Positions 1 through 12,492 of a stretch of DNA of 64,000 nt are shown piece after piece. Position 1 is the first letter of the stretch. Each line of letters begins with the position of its first letter. The position numbers were made by a program, and so were the translations under genes. This DNA is from Gekko japonicus (lineage: Eukaryota), in the NCBI RefSeq assembly GCF_001447785.1, contig NW_015164182.1:295525-359524 (forward strand), read 5' to 3'. The notes under the pieces were generated by a model that was given only the letters and a program-made list of their open reading frames with translations, had not been told where the DNA came from and did no database searches.

Positions 1-288
1 GGGAAACGTTCTTAGTTCATTTTCTCTGTATTTTGACAACTCACAGTTACGCCAGTCTTTTCTTTTCCATTTTTTTCCCCGCTTCATCACTCGGTGACGC
101 CCGGTGGTTCCGCTAAACCCCGTAGAACGGGGTCGCTCAGGGGGGGGGAAACGTTCTTAGTTCATTTTCTCTGTATTTTGACAACTCACAGTTACGCCAG
201 TCTTTTCTTTTCCATTTTTTTCGGATATTCGCTTCATCACTCGGTGACGCCCGGTGGTTCCGCTAAACCCCGTAGAACGGGGTCGCTC
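1..288. repeat. Tandem direct repeat, about 145-bp unit (1-139 and 146-288)
   Basis: gggaaacgttcttagttcattttctc...cgtagaacggggtcgctca occurs twice, nearly identical. Confidence 0.9.
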
Positions 289-526
289 ACGCAGCAAGGT
301 CCAAAGGGGCAGGGCATGGCGAGAGTCTCAATCTCCGATCTTTCGACCGAAAGAGAGACTCCCCCCTGGAACGCCCTAAAGCGCCCCGGATCCGAGCTCC
401 TCTCATCTGAGGGGCTCGTTCGGGTCTCCGCTTGCGCGGATTCCCTCCTCCACCGCGGGCGGGCAAGGCGCCCTCGGGAGCGACCCGAGGATGCGTCTGC
501 CTTTCGCGGGAGCCAGACCGGAAGCC
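1..526 (-). mobile_element. GC-rich 5' portion of an L1-like retroelement (same family as 33608-34676), inserted into a CR1
   Basis: Minus strand begins GGCTTCCGGTCTGGCTCCCGCGAAAGG and aligns by eye with 33608-33850. It interrupts the CR1 endonuclease frame right after GISETWWD. Confidence 0.6.
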
Positions 527-835
527 GCATCCCACCAAGTTTCTGAAATACCCACAATGTCTATTTTTCCCTCCAACACCAAGCACTCCAACTCCCTGAT
601 TTTACCTCGTACACTTCTAGCATTTCTATAGAAACAGCTATAATTTCCCATACAAGTTAAGCCTGCAACCTTCCTCTTGCTATCTCAAGACCTTGTCAGG
701 CAGTCCATGTCACTAGCCATGGTCTCAGTGGACAATTTCAATCCACCTCCCTGTAGAAAAGCAACAGGTACCCCCTTATCTCTTTGAGATGAGCCAACCC
801 GAACCAGAGACTTTTCGTCTTCTGTCGGCTTTTTC
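527..835 (-). mobile_element. CR1 LINE fragment (ORF1/ORF2 junction, endonuclease N-terminus)
   Basis: ORF 403-651(-) reads CFYRNARSVRGKIRELECLVLEGKIDIVGISETWWD, an APE endonuclease start. Homologous to 50480-50780. Confidence 0.75.
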
Positions 836-1339
836 CGGTCTCTCGTGTAGAGTCAGTGCCCTCATACTCCCAGACACATGATGCCGGACTAGCTGGCCAT
901 TTGTGATAGGGAAAGTACTCTTTAGATTAAGCTTTCTCTCCTTCCTACTGCAACCTGAATGTGAATGGGATCTACTTGAATAAATGTAAGTTTATCTTTT
1001 TTTTGTAATATATTCCTTGGGAGATTTATTTACTGCACTCAGTATCACATTTCTATGACTGGGCAAACTCTGCTATATTAACCAAGTATCCCAATAGTTT
1101 TATACGTTGCTTTCTTGCCATTATGGTATAGCCTGGTTTGGGAGCCTCTTCATAAGCTGCTTTAGAGCCCTGTTAGGCAAAAACTGGAATAAATGTTTCT
1201 TAAATAAGAACGTAAACTGTGCAGTGAAGAGCAATTTATAGATCTTCCTTGGGAGGTTATAAAACAAGCCTAGGAAACTTCACTTTTCCCCTAACAACAA
1301 CAATAATATGCAAAGAGTACATTACCTCTGTTGTCTTTG

Positions 1340-1802
1340 GTGTTGCCAACCTCCAGGTGAGGACTGGATATGTCCTGTAATTAAAACTGATCTTCAGACT
1401 GCAGAGATCAGCTCCCCTGGAGAAAATTGCAACTTGGGAGGATGGACTCTATGGCATTATATCCTGCTGAGGTCTAGGATCACCAGGTCTGGGTTGGAAA
1501 TACCTGGAGATTTTGAGGGTGGAGCCTGGGGAGGGTGGGGCTTGGTGATGGGAGGGACCTCAGCAGGATACAATGCCAATACAGTTCATCCTCCAAAGCA
1601 GCCATTTTCTCCAGGTGATCTGATCTCTGTCATCTGGAGAGCAGTTGAAATCCCAGGAGATATCCAGCCACCACCTGGAGGTTGAAGCCAAAAATGAGAG
1701 AAGGTTGGCAACCATTCTGAGGTCCCTCCCCTTCCCCAAACCTTGCCAGGTTTCAGCCCCCAAATCTCCAGGAATTTCCTAACCCAGAATTGGCAACCCT
1801 AG
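1340..1802. repeat. Cluster of GGTTGCCA...TGGCAACC(CTA) modular interspersed repeats (probable MITE-derived family)
   Basis: The same modules recur at 46850-47330, 48340-48925 and 52975-53170. Confidence 0.6.
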
Positions 1803-2061
1803 CTTGACAAAAGCTTTGTTTGGCAGGTAAGCATCACCATCCCTATACTGCAAACAGCAGAGAGATTGGCTTCAGGTTACCTATAGCACCATCCTATGCA
1901 GATTTAGTCCTGTGTAAGCAGCTGAAATCAGTTGACTAGACTGTGGTAAAGGCACAGGACTGTGCTCAACTGAGCTTCTGGCAGATGTAAAATGTTAACT
2001 GGGGAAATCCAAGTTCACAGTTCAGTTTCTCAGTCACTATGTGCTTTGAATGTTTGTCATT

Positions 2062-3689
2062 TTGTTGTTGTTCAGTCGCACAGTCGAGTCCGACTCTTCG
2101 CGACCCCATGGACCAGCTCCCGCCAGGCCGTCCTGTCTTCCGCTGTCCTCTGAAGTTGGCTCAATTTCATGTTCGTTGCGTCAATGACACTGTCCAACCA
2201 TCTCATCCTTTGCCGTCCCCGTCTTCTTTGACCTTCAATCTTTCCCAGCATCAGGGTCTTCTCCAGTGAGTGCTCCCTTCTCATTTGGTGGCCAAAGTAT
2301 TTGAGCTTCAGTTTCATTATCTGGCCTTCCAGGGAACAGTCAGGGTTGATTTCTTTGAGGATTGACTGATTTGATCTTCTTGCAGTCCAAGGGACTCTCA
2401 AGAGTCTTCTCCAGGACCATAGTTCAAAAGAATTTTTCTTCGGCGCTCGGCCTTCCTTATAGTCCAACTCTCGCAGCCATACATGACTACAGGGAATACC
2501 ATTGCTTTGACCATGCGGACTTTTGTTGGCAGGGTGATGTCTCTGCTTTTTATCATGCTGTTTAGGTTCGCCATTGCTTTCCTCCCAAGGAGCAGGTGTC
2601 TTTTAATTTCATGGCTGCTGTCACAGTCTGCGGTGATCTGGGATCCCAGGAACGTGAAGTCTGTCACCACTTCCACGACTTCCCCTTCTATTTGCCAAGG
2701 AGTGATGGGGCCGGATACCATGATCTTAGGTTTTTTGATGTTGAGCTTCAAGCCCACTTTTGCGCTCTCCTCTTTTACCCTGAGCAAGAGACTCTTAAGG
2801 TCCTCTTCACTTTCTGCCATCAGAGTGGTATCGTCTGCATATCTGAGGTTGTTGATCTTTTCCCCAGCAATCTTAATTCCCGCTTATGATTCATCCAGGC
2901 CAGCATTTCGCATGATGTACTCTGCATATATATTAAATAAGCAAGGTGACAATATACATCCTTGTCGTACTCCTTTTCCTATGCTAAACCAATCAGTTGT
3001 TCCATATCCGGTTCTAACTGTCGCTTCTTGGCCCTTATACAGGTTTCTCAAGAGACATGTGAGGTGGTCTGGTACTCCCATCTCTTTAAGGACCTGCCAT
3101 AGTTTGTTGTGATCCACACAGTCAAAAGCTTTAGCATAGTCAATGAAGCAGAAGTAGATGTTTTTCTGGTACTCTCTTGCTTTCTCCATAATCCAGCGGA
3201 TGTTGGCAATTTGATCTCTAGTTCCTCTACCTCTTCTAAACCCAGCTTGTACTTCTGGCAGTTCTCTATCCACGTACTGTTGAAGCCTAGCTTGTAGGAT
3301 CTTGAGCATGACCTTGCTAGCGTGTGATATGAGTGCAATTGTGCGATAGTTTGAACATTTCTTGGCATTGCCCTTCTTTGGGATTGGAATGTATACTGAC
3401 CCTTTCCAATCCTGTGGCCACTGTTGCGTTTTCCTAATTTGCTGGCAAATTGAGTGCAGCACTTTAACAGCATCATCTTCTAAGACTTTGAATAGCTCAG
3501 CTGGGATACCATCACCTCCACTAGCTTTGTTGTTAGCAATGCTTTCTAAGGCCCATTTCACTTCACATTCCAGGATGTCTGGCTCGAGGTCAGTGATTAT
3601 ACCGTCGTGGTTGTCAAGGACATCGAGGTCTTTCTTGTATAGTTCTTCTGTGTATTCTTGCCATCTTTTCCTAATCTCTTCTGCTTCTA
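2062..3689 (-). mobile_element. RTE-BovB LINE, 5'-truncated, with disrupted RT
   Basis: RT peptides (FIDYAKAFDCV, GVRQGCILSP, YADD region) are split over ORFs 2884-3561, 2398-2820 and 2072-2467. (CAA)n tail at 2062-2071. 9-bp TSD tttgtcatt at 2053-2061 and 3690-3698. Confidence 0.93.
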
Positions 3690-4045
3690 TTTGTCATTAC
3701 TGGGGTGTAATTCACTATACCCCCCCGCAAAGAAAATAGAAAAGTAGGAGTTATTCTTGAAGTAAAGATTATTTTGTTCTTTTTTAAAAAACCCAAATCT
3801 TGGACTTGAAGTTTCTTCATTCTAAGGTGTTTTGCAAAGCCCTGGCTGTTTTTCCTGATTCACTTACTTGACAGATCTGAATTTCATCCTTTTATTGATG
3901 GTGTTGTAGCTTCCTGGTAGCTTGCCCTAGCCTGATCTTGCCAGAACTTGGAAGCTAAGTAGGGTTGGTCACAGCTAGTAGTTGGATAGGAAACCACCAT
4001 AGAAGACAGGCATTGCTATGCAAAGGAAGGCAATGGGAAACTATC

Positions 4046-4630
4046 TCTGCCCAAAACTTGCTGGTCATCCCGGGACCCAAGGACATCAAATTAGCTGCGA
4101 CCAGGGCCAGGGCTTTTTCGGTGGCGGCTCCTACCTGGTGGAACGAGCTCCCGGGGGAGATCTGGGCCCTGTGGGACCTTATGCAGTTCCGCAGGGCCTG
4201 CAAGACGGAGCTCTTCCGCCAGGCCTTTGAGTAGGAGCTGCCGCCCCACTATACCACCACCGTCAAGGTATCTTAAAGGATGCACGGGCCGATGAAGATC
4301 CTGGAATATGTAAAGAAGATCTGATAAACTGTCGCCATTCATGGGAGTACCACCTGGAATTGTGTCGATCCCATCTTGGATTATGATATCAGTGACTGAG
4401 CACCGTTGTTGTTATTAAGTGTTAGTTGTTTTTATTATGTTATAGATGTTTATAAATAAATGTTTATTTAGATGTTTATAAATAAAAGTTTATTTATTAG
4501 ATGTTTATAAATAAATGTTTATTTATTAGATGTTTATAAATAAATATTTATGGCACGGCTGATTACCTTGCCCTTGTGAGCCGCCCTGAGCCCATTAGGG
4601 AGGGTGGGATACAAATGTGAAATAAATAAA
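4046..4630 (+). mobile_element. L2 LINE 3' fragment
   Basis: Peptide AQNLLVIPGPKDIKLAATRARAFSVAAPTWWNELP...FRQAFE is nearly identical to the C-terminus of the L2 at 15841-18315. AATAA tail. Confidence 0.8.
4437..4550. repeat. AT-rich minisatellite (TTAGATGTTTATAAATAAATGTTTATTTA-like unit, about 4 copies)
   Basis: Directly visible tandem units inside the L2 3' UTR. Confidence 0.85.
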
Positions 4631-5218
4631 TGTGAAATAATTTCTTGCCTTGGAAACTGATGATTCTGGGGTTGTCATGAGTAAGCATCAACTTGATGGT
4701 ACAGTTATTAATATTATTGGTGCTGTCAATTTGTGGGATGCTGGAGCCTCCAGAACAGAAACAACAAGGCATTTTATATATTTATTTAGTAAATTTTCAT
4801 CCCATCCTTTCTCCAAGAAGCTCAAGGCAAGGTACCCCATTCTCCTCCATTTTGTCCTTACAACAACCCTATAAGGTAGGTTAGGCTGAGAGACTGACTG
4901 CAAGATCTCACAGTGAGTTTCACAGATGAGTGAGGATTTGAACGCAGGCCAGCTCTGCTAATCCACTGGTGAGGGAAATACACTCTGCATTGTGCTAAGA
5001 GTCAATTGCCCTCATTCACCTATTGCAGAGCCACACAATGGCCTCATGCAAACATACACTGAATTGGTGCTTCCTTTGAACACACTCCTTTGAAGCTGAA
5101 GGATGCTTTGTGCCCACCCTTTCTTTGTTTCCTGAGCTGGATTTCATAGCTAATGTCTGGGGCAGCAGCCATGTTCTGTTAGACACAGAAGGACTGACAC
5201 TGGAGCCATCTCCACCCT

Positions 5219-5920
5219 GACCTAAAGAGCCTCTTGCTCAGGGTAAAAGAGGAGAGCGCAAAGGTTGGCTCTCAACATCAAAAAAACTAAGATCATGGCA
5301 TACAGCCCCCTAACTTCTTGGCAAATAGAAGGGGAAGTCATGGAAGCAGTGACAGAATTAATGTTTCTGGGATCCAAGATCACTGCAAATGGTGACTGCA
5401 GCCATGAAATTAAAAGATGCCTGCTCTTTGGGAGGAAAGCTATGGCAAACCTAGACAGCATAATAAAAAGTAGAGACATCACCCTGCCAACAAAAGTTGG
5501 TATTGTCAAAGCAATGGTATTCCCAGTAGTAATGTATGGCTGTGAGAGTTGGACCATAAGGAAGGCCGAGCGCCAAAGAATAGATGCTTTCGAATTATGG
5601 TGCTGCAAGGAGATCAAATCAGTCAATCCTAAAGGAAATCAACCCTGACTGTTCCCTGGAAGGCCAGATACTGATGCTGAAGCTGAAATACTTTGGCCAC
5701 CAAATAAGAAGGGAGCACTCACTGGAGAAGACCCTGATGCTGGGAAAGGCTGAAGGTAAAAGAAGAGGGGGACGGCAAAGGATGAGATAGTTAGACAGTG
5801 TTATCGATGCAACGGACACGAAATTGAGCAAACTCCAGAGGATGGCGAAAAACAGGAGGGCCTGGCCTGATGTGGTCCATGGGTCGTGAAAAGTCGGACT
5901 CGACTGTGCGACTGAACAAC
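5219..5920 (+). mobile_element. RTE-BovB 3' fragment
   Basis: ORF 5265-5648 (KKTKIMA...VFPVVMYGCESWT) matches the other BovB copies. Ends GACTGAACAAC. Confidence 0.88.
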
Positions 5921-6049
5921 TGAAGAATCCCTCTCTTCACTAATTCAAAGTAGGTATTTACAAACCAGACAGAGGCTGCAAATTGAGTCAAAGCAAAATG
6001 AAAAGCTAAGAAACATCTCCCAACTAAGTGCCTGCGGCTACGTTTAATA

Positions 6050-6750
6050 AAAGGCATTCCCCGGCTTTTGTTTTTGGACCACCGCAGATGCAGTTAGACA
6101 TAAGCGTTACTCATAATTATTACTTCCGGTTTATGTTCGGTCGCATCCATCTGAGTGGCAGGAGCACAACACAAAAACATAAGTGTCACACGTAAGAGTC
6201 ACAGAAAGCGAATCCATGTTCTCTCGGTGTGTACAAATTTGCGGAAGCCGCTGTATAATCTCCTCCGTCTCTATGGTGCCTGGTTCTTGTTCTTCAGATC
6301 AGTAGCTTTGTAGGTTCAGATGGGAACTGGAAGTATCTTCAGGGCTCTACCGGTGGTTCTACTGAGCCCAGGACCCCTGAAGGGAAGTGAGGGAAATGCC
6401 GGAAACGGCGGTTACGGACTGAAGGGGCGGGGCTTCTTCAGAGGATCAAAGGTCAGTAAATAGAGGTGACGTCAAGAGACCAAGATGGCGGAAGGGTGAG
6501 AATAAGACGGAGCGCTGGGGGCGGTGCCACCGGTCGGGCGGGGGGAGGCTGGGGGGACTCGGGAAGAAGTGGGAGGGGCGGGGAGAAAGAGAAGCTGCCC
6601 GAAGCACCCGGGCGGAAATGAGGCCCCCTGGGCATGCACAGAGTGGCTCTGTGCTTCTTCCCCGAGCCAGCGCTGCGGGTTCTCTCAACGCTCCCAGAGT
6701 GGAGTCTCGGCCCTAGAGGGGAGCGGTGAGAGGGAGCCCGGTCCCTGTGG
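6050..6750 (+). promoter_or_regulatory. BSDC1: BSDC1 CpG-rich promoter and exon 1 region
   Basis: CpG-rich. ETS-like ACTTCCGG near 6122, GC box GGGGCGGGGC near 6424, palindromic CRE TGACGTCA at 6467-6474, YY1-type CAAGATGGCG overlapping the ATG. Confidence 0.8.
6485..6495 (+). CDS. BSDC1: BSDC1 coding exon 1 of 11 (MAEG); full CDS 1326 nt, 441 aa, span 6485-27174
   Basis: AAGATGGCGGAAGG|gtgag. Phase 2 matches exon 2. Confidence 0.88.
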
Positions 6751-8378
6751 TTAGCTTGTAGGTTACAGGGAGGGGCTCTGAATCTTTGGCCTGGACATAA
6801 GTGAGAGCTAACCCGGGGTGGGTGGGAGGAAGGCAAGAGGACGCGTTCGAGAAGGGGCTCTGGGATCAAGCTTTGTTGTGAGGTGAAGGGCGAGTAAGCA
6901 CTTCGTGTTATTTGCAGTAGGTAGTTCCTTTCCGTGGCTTTTGTACAGAGAGAGGGGGATAAACCGACTTCCCAAAGACCTTGATGGCTAAATAAGGATC
7001 TGAAATCCCGCTTCCTTGGTGTGTTGCTCTGCTTGTCTGTGAAGTATTTTTGTATGCTGACAGGTGTTACACTGTTCAATAAAAGCTGTTTGTTATGATA
7101 CAAAGTTTTTTTTTTCTCAATGTAGTGACTGAGCAGCAAGAATCCAAAAGGATTCTTAGGTTAAAAATGCCTGCAGGGGAGTGGTAATCGAGTGAACCTG
7201 CATTCCTTTGCTCTCATCCAGGTTAACTTGTCTGATTTAAAGATGGAGTATCATCACCTCTCATTTTTATTTTTGAGAGGGAAGGGGCCATGGCTCAGTG
7301 GCAGAACATCTGCTTGGCATGCATGAGGTCCCAGGTTCAGCCCTTGGTATTATCAGGTGAACGGACCAGGCAGTAGGTGATTTGAAAGACCTCTTCCTGA
7401 GGCCCTAGAGAGCCACTGTCAGCCTGATTGGACAATACTGACCTTGATGGACCAAGGGTATAAGGCAGCTTCATGTGTTCTTGTGGACCATTGGGCTGTA
7501 TGCTGTAGCAATATATTCTTCTGGCATTTTTTAAAAAGGGCTGTTATAAAAGAGCTGTTATAAATATTGCAGTAGTTTGGCTTGTACCTTTAATTCATGG
7601 CTTCAGCCATAGTAATGAATTTTGTACAAGTCACTGCTATACTTATCTAATTTTGGGGGGTATTGTTTGCATTTTATGTGTATATCTGTGCCCGGAAGTC
7701 ATGGTGAGCTCTGGTGACTCCTACTGGGGCATGGAGGACATTCAGAGAAATGACTTGATAGCCTGCCTTTGCCTCCTAGCTCTGGTATTCTCTGGAAGTC
7801 TCCCATCTGAATACTTGCCAGGGTCGGCCCTGCTTAGCTTCTGAGATCTGACAAGATTGGCCTTGTCGGGGTATCCAGGTCAGGGTGATACTTATCTCAT
7901 TTTTTGACACACAGGTCATGCTGTTCTTTTTCTGGTGGATGTCACAACTATTCACACCTTGTACTTAGACTTGACCCACTCACTACTAACAAAATGTAAA
8001 CTAAAATTGGACACTAGAATGTTAGGTTACTTTTTAAAAAAGCTTTCATCTAAATGGTTATGTTGGGAGATGTTACTGAAAGGCAATCACAAAAATATCC
8101 TCAAGGAAAGCAGGGCCATGTTTAGCCCATTGCTGTAATTACACCTGATGATGTCACATGGATTCTTCTGAAACATGTGCTTCTAATGGCTGGGAATGTA
8201 AAGTATTTATTGAGCTTTGATGAAAGGATGTTGTGTTAAAGAAATGAGTTTAGTTTTGAAGCAGAATTGTTAGCTATAGGACTTGTTGGGAATACGCTGG
8301 TGTTCATAAGGCATTCCTTGGCATGAGTTTATGGTGTAAAATTCCCACTTTCAGCTTCATATGTTTGTCCTGTAACAG

Positions 8379-8439
8379 GGAAGATGGAGGCTGGTGGAGG
8401 AGCTGGTTACAGCAAAGTATTCAAACTGTCAAAGAGAAG
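8379..8439 (+). CDS. BSDC1: BSDC1 exon 2 (EDGGWWRSWLQQSIQTVKEK)
   Basis: cag|G...AAG|gtaag. Matches the recalled BSDC1 N-terminus. Confidence 0.93.
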
Positions 8440-8981
8440 GTAAGTACCATCTGTTTTTTGTCAAGTTGGAGGAGTATTGATTAATTGAAGACTGTTGTCA
8501 GAAAGACACAGCCAAAGGTATATAGCAAATTGTGTGGGCTTTTCCACAGCATGACGGAGCAGCTTCCAAAGTGAGAATGTTCCCTTGAGTGCTTCTCAGT
8601 TTAGGGGTGTATGCTTTCCCTTGCTGTAGCCCGTATCTTCAAACTGGAGTTGTAAGAAATGTTTTGCGCCTGTTTTCCCATTTGGGAATTAGATTAGTCA
8701 ATGGGCTACTTTGTGTGTGCATGGGCAGATGTAAGTCTTTGGTTTGCAGGGAGGTAAAGGCATGCACACTCCTGAAACTGGCTTGCTACTGACTGACCAC
8801 CTTTTACCCTGCCCCCACTCCACATAGTTTTTTTTGTATGAGTTGTCTTCTGTTCTCTTCCCAATTAGAAGAAGGCATAGCTGCTATGCACATGGAATAG
8901 TCCAGTTTAAACTAGGTTCAGTGTGACTGCAGGTGGAGGCAGCTTTTCTCTAAGCCAACGTCACCCATAAATCAAGCCTTA

Positions 8982-9392
8982 AGGCCAAACTACGCAGTAC
9001 GTTTAACACATGATTACTATTGGGACTAGCAGTTCAGTTCAAAGTGTTGCAGGCCCAATGCTGATCTGCAGTGTGGGGAGAGCAGGCACCTCCTCACACT
9101 GTTTTCCCAACACTGTTATTCAATCCGTTTGGGGAAGCAGGTATATAAGCACTCAATATGCATGCATCCCCTGACAAAGCAAATAACGGCACCTATGGAT
9201 TGGTTCAGGTTGCACTCTCTCCTCCCCCTGCACTGTAATCCTGAGACAAATTGAGCCCCTGCAGTACTTCTAAATTGTGCTGCGGGGTGGGCGAACTGTA
9301 TGGCTGCAAGGACTTCCTGATGGCACCTGGTATGTTCTCTTATGTTAAGCCCCCATGGCAGTCACATGTTAAATGTAATGTGTAGCTTGCCT
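8982..9392. mobile_element. Degenerate MITE with about 31-bp terminal inverted repeats
   Basis: Left end aggccaaactacgcagtacgtttaacacatga; reverse complement of right end aggcaagctacacattacatttaacatgtga. Confidence 0.6.
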
Positions 9393-9565
9393 CTCGGTGT
9401 GGCTTTCTAGCCAGGGCTGTTTAACTTGGAGTGCTGAGATGCAACTTCAGATTCCTGTTTGGCTACAAATTGTGGAATGGCCTTGGGCAAGTCACTTATC
9501 TCTATGTCTCACTTCCTCAGCTATTAAAATGGGAGTAATAATTGCTTGTTATGCAAAGCAACTAT

Positions 9566-10070
9566 GGCTGCGGTCACACGGAGCATTAGGCACACTAGAG
9601 AGACGGAAGATAGGCGGATTTTCCAGGTGCGATCTCACCGCCACATCTGGGAAGCGGAGAGCTCCCGTGGCGAACCCGAGGCTTCCCGCCGAAGCTGCGT
9701 GGTTAAAAACTAGTACCTCGAAGGTACTAGTTTCCAGTAACGGCGGGGCAAGGGCGGGCGTCTGATCGCGTTTCCGGTGGTAGTTCCGGCGCCCGCCCAT
9801 GCCCCCTCGTATAAAGGGGTTTTTTTTTAACTGTCCATGGGATGCGCACAAGCACCCAACGGGGCATGCGCACACTTTGGTTCCGGAAAACAAAACACCT
9901 GTTTGCCGCGCTGCTTCTTTGCCACGGCGCAGGATTGTGGTGTGCTCGGCACCTCCCCCCTACCACAGGACCTCCACGGTATGTCTGCTGGCGCAACCGC
10001 GCGTTATTTTGCCCTGGGGCAAATAGCCACGCCTCCCCCCCACGATATCCGGCCCAAGTGACCCGGGGCC
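9566..10070. mobile_element. CpG-rich putative MITE with imperfect TIRs and an internal palindrome
   Basis: Abrupt CpG-rich block in an intron. Ends ggctgcggtcacacgg and caagtgacccggggcc. Internal aaactagtacct-cga-aggtactagttt. Confidence 0.5.
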
Positions 10071-10694
10071 TAGGTTGAACACAGTAAACTGCTTTAGCTA
10101 GCTGTGAGCATTTTCCAGTGGGTCTTCAGAACAGCAAGGCTCTAAAGGCCAGTGGGTTACCTGCCTGCCTGTCATGGATGGCAAGGTGATAGCACTTCTC
10201 CCTTTCCACCCCTTGCTAGCTGCACAACTCATGCTATTTATCATAAAGGAAAGACTGAAGAGGGGAATGAAGTTGTCTAGAGTCAAGGAACTTGCCCAAC
10301 TTTTCGTCCTGGGCACAGAAGGATGTTCTCTGTGGCTTGCCTTGCTGAAGTCAAGGAACTTGCCCAGTTTTTTTTCTGTTCATTCTCTGTGGCTTGCACT
10401 CTTGCAACTGTCCTGGGGCAACCAGTTAGGGCCAGTGAGACTTGTGCCCACCTCTCTTGAAGATGCTGGCAGTTCTGCCAAGAGCTGAGGATCTGACGAG
10501 CCTGAAGTTGTAGAGAAATCTTCAAAACAGGCAAGAGCTGCCAGACACCTAGCAGTGTTTGCTCTGTTGAACAGCACTCCCTTGCTTGACTTGCCCAGAG
10601 GTTCCTGGCTTCAGCTTTAAAGAACTTTGGCAGTTCCTGTGGGTGTACTCAGCAATATGATGAGTCTGTCCTGCTCTCTCTCTTTCTGCTGCAG

Positions 10695-10811
10695 TCCACA
10701 GAGGCCTTGGAGTTCATGAAACGGGACTTGACTGAGTTCAGCCAGGTGGTCCAGCATGACACAGCCTGCACCATCGCGGCCACCGCCAGCGTGGTCAAAG
10801 AGAAGCTGGCT
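10695..10811 (+). CDS. BSDC1: BSDC1 exon 3 (STEALEFMKRDLTEFSQVVQHDTACTIAATASVVKEKLA)
   Basis: cag|TCC...GCT|gtgag, 117 nt, phase 0. Confidence 0.95.
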
Positions 10812-11032
10812 GTGAGTGGGCACTGAGAGCCAAAAAGGGAATGGAGGTGGGAGAGTTTGGGAGGTGCCGGCAGTTTTTTCACTAATATCCCCTTCCCAAT
10901 CCTTTATTCTTCTCTGTACTACTTTGTTATATCAAGCCTCCAACATGATGGGGCTGGTAGGTTAGCACTGTCTGTGGTTCCTCTGCTTTCATTTCCCCCC
11001 TCCTCACCATCCCTTCTTTTGTCTTTGAATAG

Positions 11033-11200
11033 ACGGAGGGTTCTTCTGGCACAACAGAGAAAGTGAGAAAAGGACTTTCCAACTTCCTGGGCGTCATCTC
11101 AGACACCTTTGCACCTTCGCCAGACAAGACTATCGACTGTGACGTCATAACTCTGATGGCAACCCCTTCCGGGACCACCGAGTTGTATGACAGTGCCAAG
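11033..11200 (+). CDS. BSDC1: BSDC1 exon 4 (TEGSSGTTEKVRKGLSNFLGVISDTFAPSPDKTIDCDVITLMATPSGTTELYDSAK)
   Basis: tag|ACG...AAG|gtgct, 168 nt. Confidence 0.95.
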
Positions 11201-11318
11201 GTGCTCCTTCAGCCACTCCCCCTCCCCCCATCTGCCTTTGCCTGCATTGTGGAGATTTATGTACACAGGACAGTGGCCTCTTCGTTTCACACACATGTTC
11301 TTGTCTGTTCTCTTCCAG

Positions 11319-11373
11319 GCCCGGCTATACAGCCTTCAGTCCGACCCAGCCACCTATTGCAATGAACCAGATG
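11319..11373 (+). CDS. BSDC1: BSDC1 exon 5 (ARLYSLQSDPATYCNEPD)
   Basis: cag|GCC...GATG|gtaaa, 55 nt. Confidence 0.95.
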
Positions 11374-12346
11374 GTAAATCAGGGGCTTGGCTGATGTGAG
11401 AAGGTTGGGGCAAGGGAGATGCATGGTGTTAGGGCTGTCTGGAAAACAGACCAGGCATCCACTTGATAGCAGTGCCATTTGCATTTGCGAGGGCATGCCA
11501 TTTGCCTTCATAAAGCCAAGTGTGGGGTAGATTGACCAGAATTCAGAAATAAAGGATGTACCAAAAGGGAAAGGAAGCTTTTTAGCCTAAGGAAGCTGTA
11601 TAGAGGAGTCAAAGCATGTGGGGAATGATTCTGGGTGGTCCTTGACTGTAATTGATTGGAATGCTTGGGGACTGGTCTAATGGGTGGGGCATTGAGTTCT
11701 GTTGTGGGATGGTTCCAAGTTCAAATTCCTGTTTGGCTGTGAAGTGTGCCTAGTATCCTGGGCAAGAAATACTCAAGACTAGAATTCTAGAGCAGTTGCC
11801 TCTAGTGAGAGCCATGTTTGCATCTGCCATTCCACCTCCCCTGTTGCTGCTGCTTCCCCATGTTATTATCCCCACCCTGTAGTACTGTAGTGCTTTTTGG
11901 ACAGCCTGGGAAAGGTGTCACAGAACTAGCCTTCCCTCCTGTCTCAGCTCTTTGAAGATGTCATGAGCAACCCAGGTGAGCCCCTGCTTCACTTTTCAAT
12001 TATGGATGGATGTGCACAAGAGCTTCTCTTTTAAGGCCAGAAGGGATGGTGCGCACAGCCACCTAAGAACTAGCAGGACAAGTCTGCCTATTTCTGTCTG
12101 CTCTGTGCAGTTAAGGAAGGCAGCTGAGCTAATGACAGGATTGCAGAAGCGAAGGGTGGAGGAATAGGCCTTGAAACGACCAGGCTATACCCAAGAACCT
12201 GAGTTCTCCCTACTGTTGCTTGGGATTTGTAAGGAGGGCAGGCAAGTGTGAAGTCTGCAGGTGGATGCCTGCCTATTCAGCCTGTTCCAGAGAGGATGGA
12301 ATGAGTAGTGTGTGGACACAGAGGAGTGGCATTTTTGGGGTCCCAG

Positions 12347-12492
12347 AGCATAAGAACATAAGAGAAGCAATGTTGGATCAGGCCAGTGGCCCAACCAGTC
12401 CAACACTCTGTGTCACACAGTGGGCAAAACCCAGGTGCCATCAGGAGGTACACCAGCAGGGCCAGAACTCCAGAAGCCCTCCCACTGTTGCC
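12347..12492 (-). mobile_element. CR1 3'-end fragment
   Basis: cataagaacataagag tail and 3' UTR match the longer CR1 copies. Confidence 0.7.

Noticed and set aside
2483-3112. 209-aa ORF repeated at 58619-59248
   Set aside because: Antisense shadow of the BovB RT, repeated only because the TE is repeated.
4437-4550. Repeat array resembling CRISPR
   Set aside because: No unique spacers; an AT minisatellite in a vertebrate LINE tail.
6453-7139. 228-aa antisense ORF over BSDC1 exon 1
   Set aside because: Non-ATG start and no recognisable homology; likely a by-product of the CpG island.
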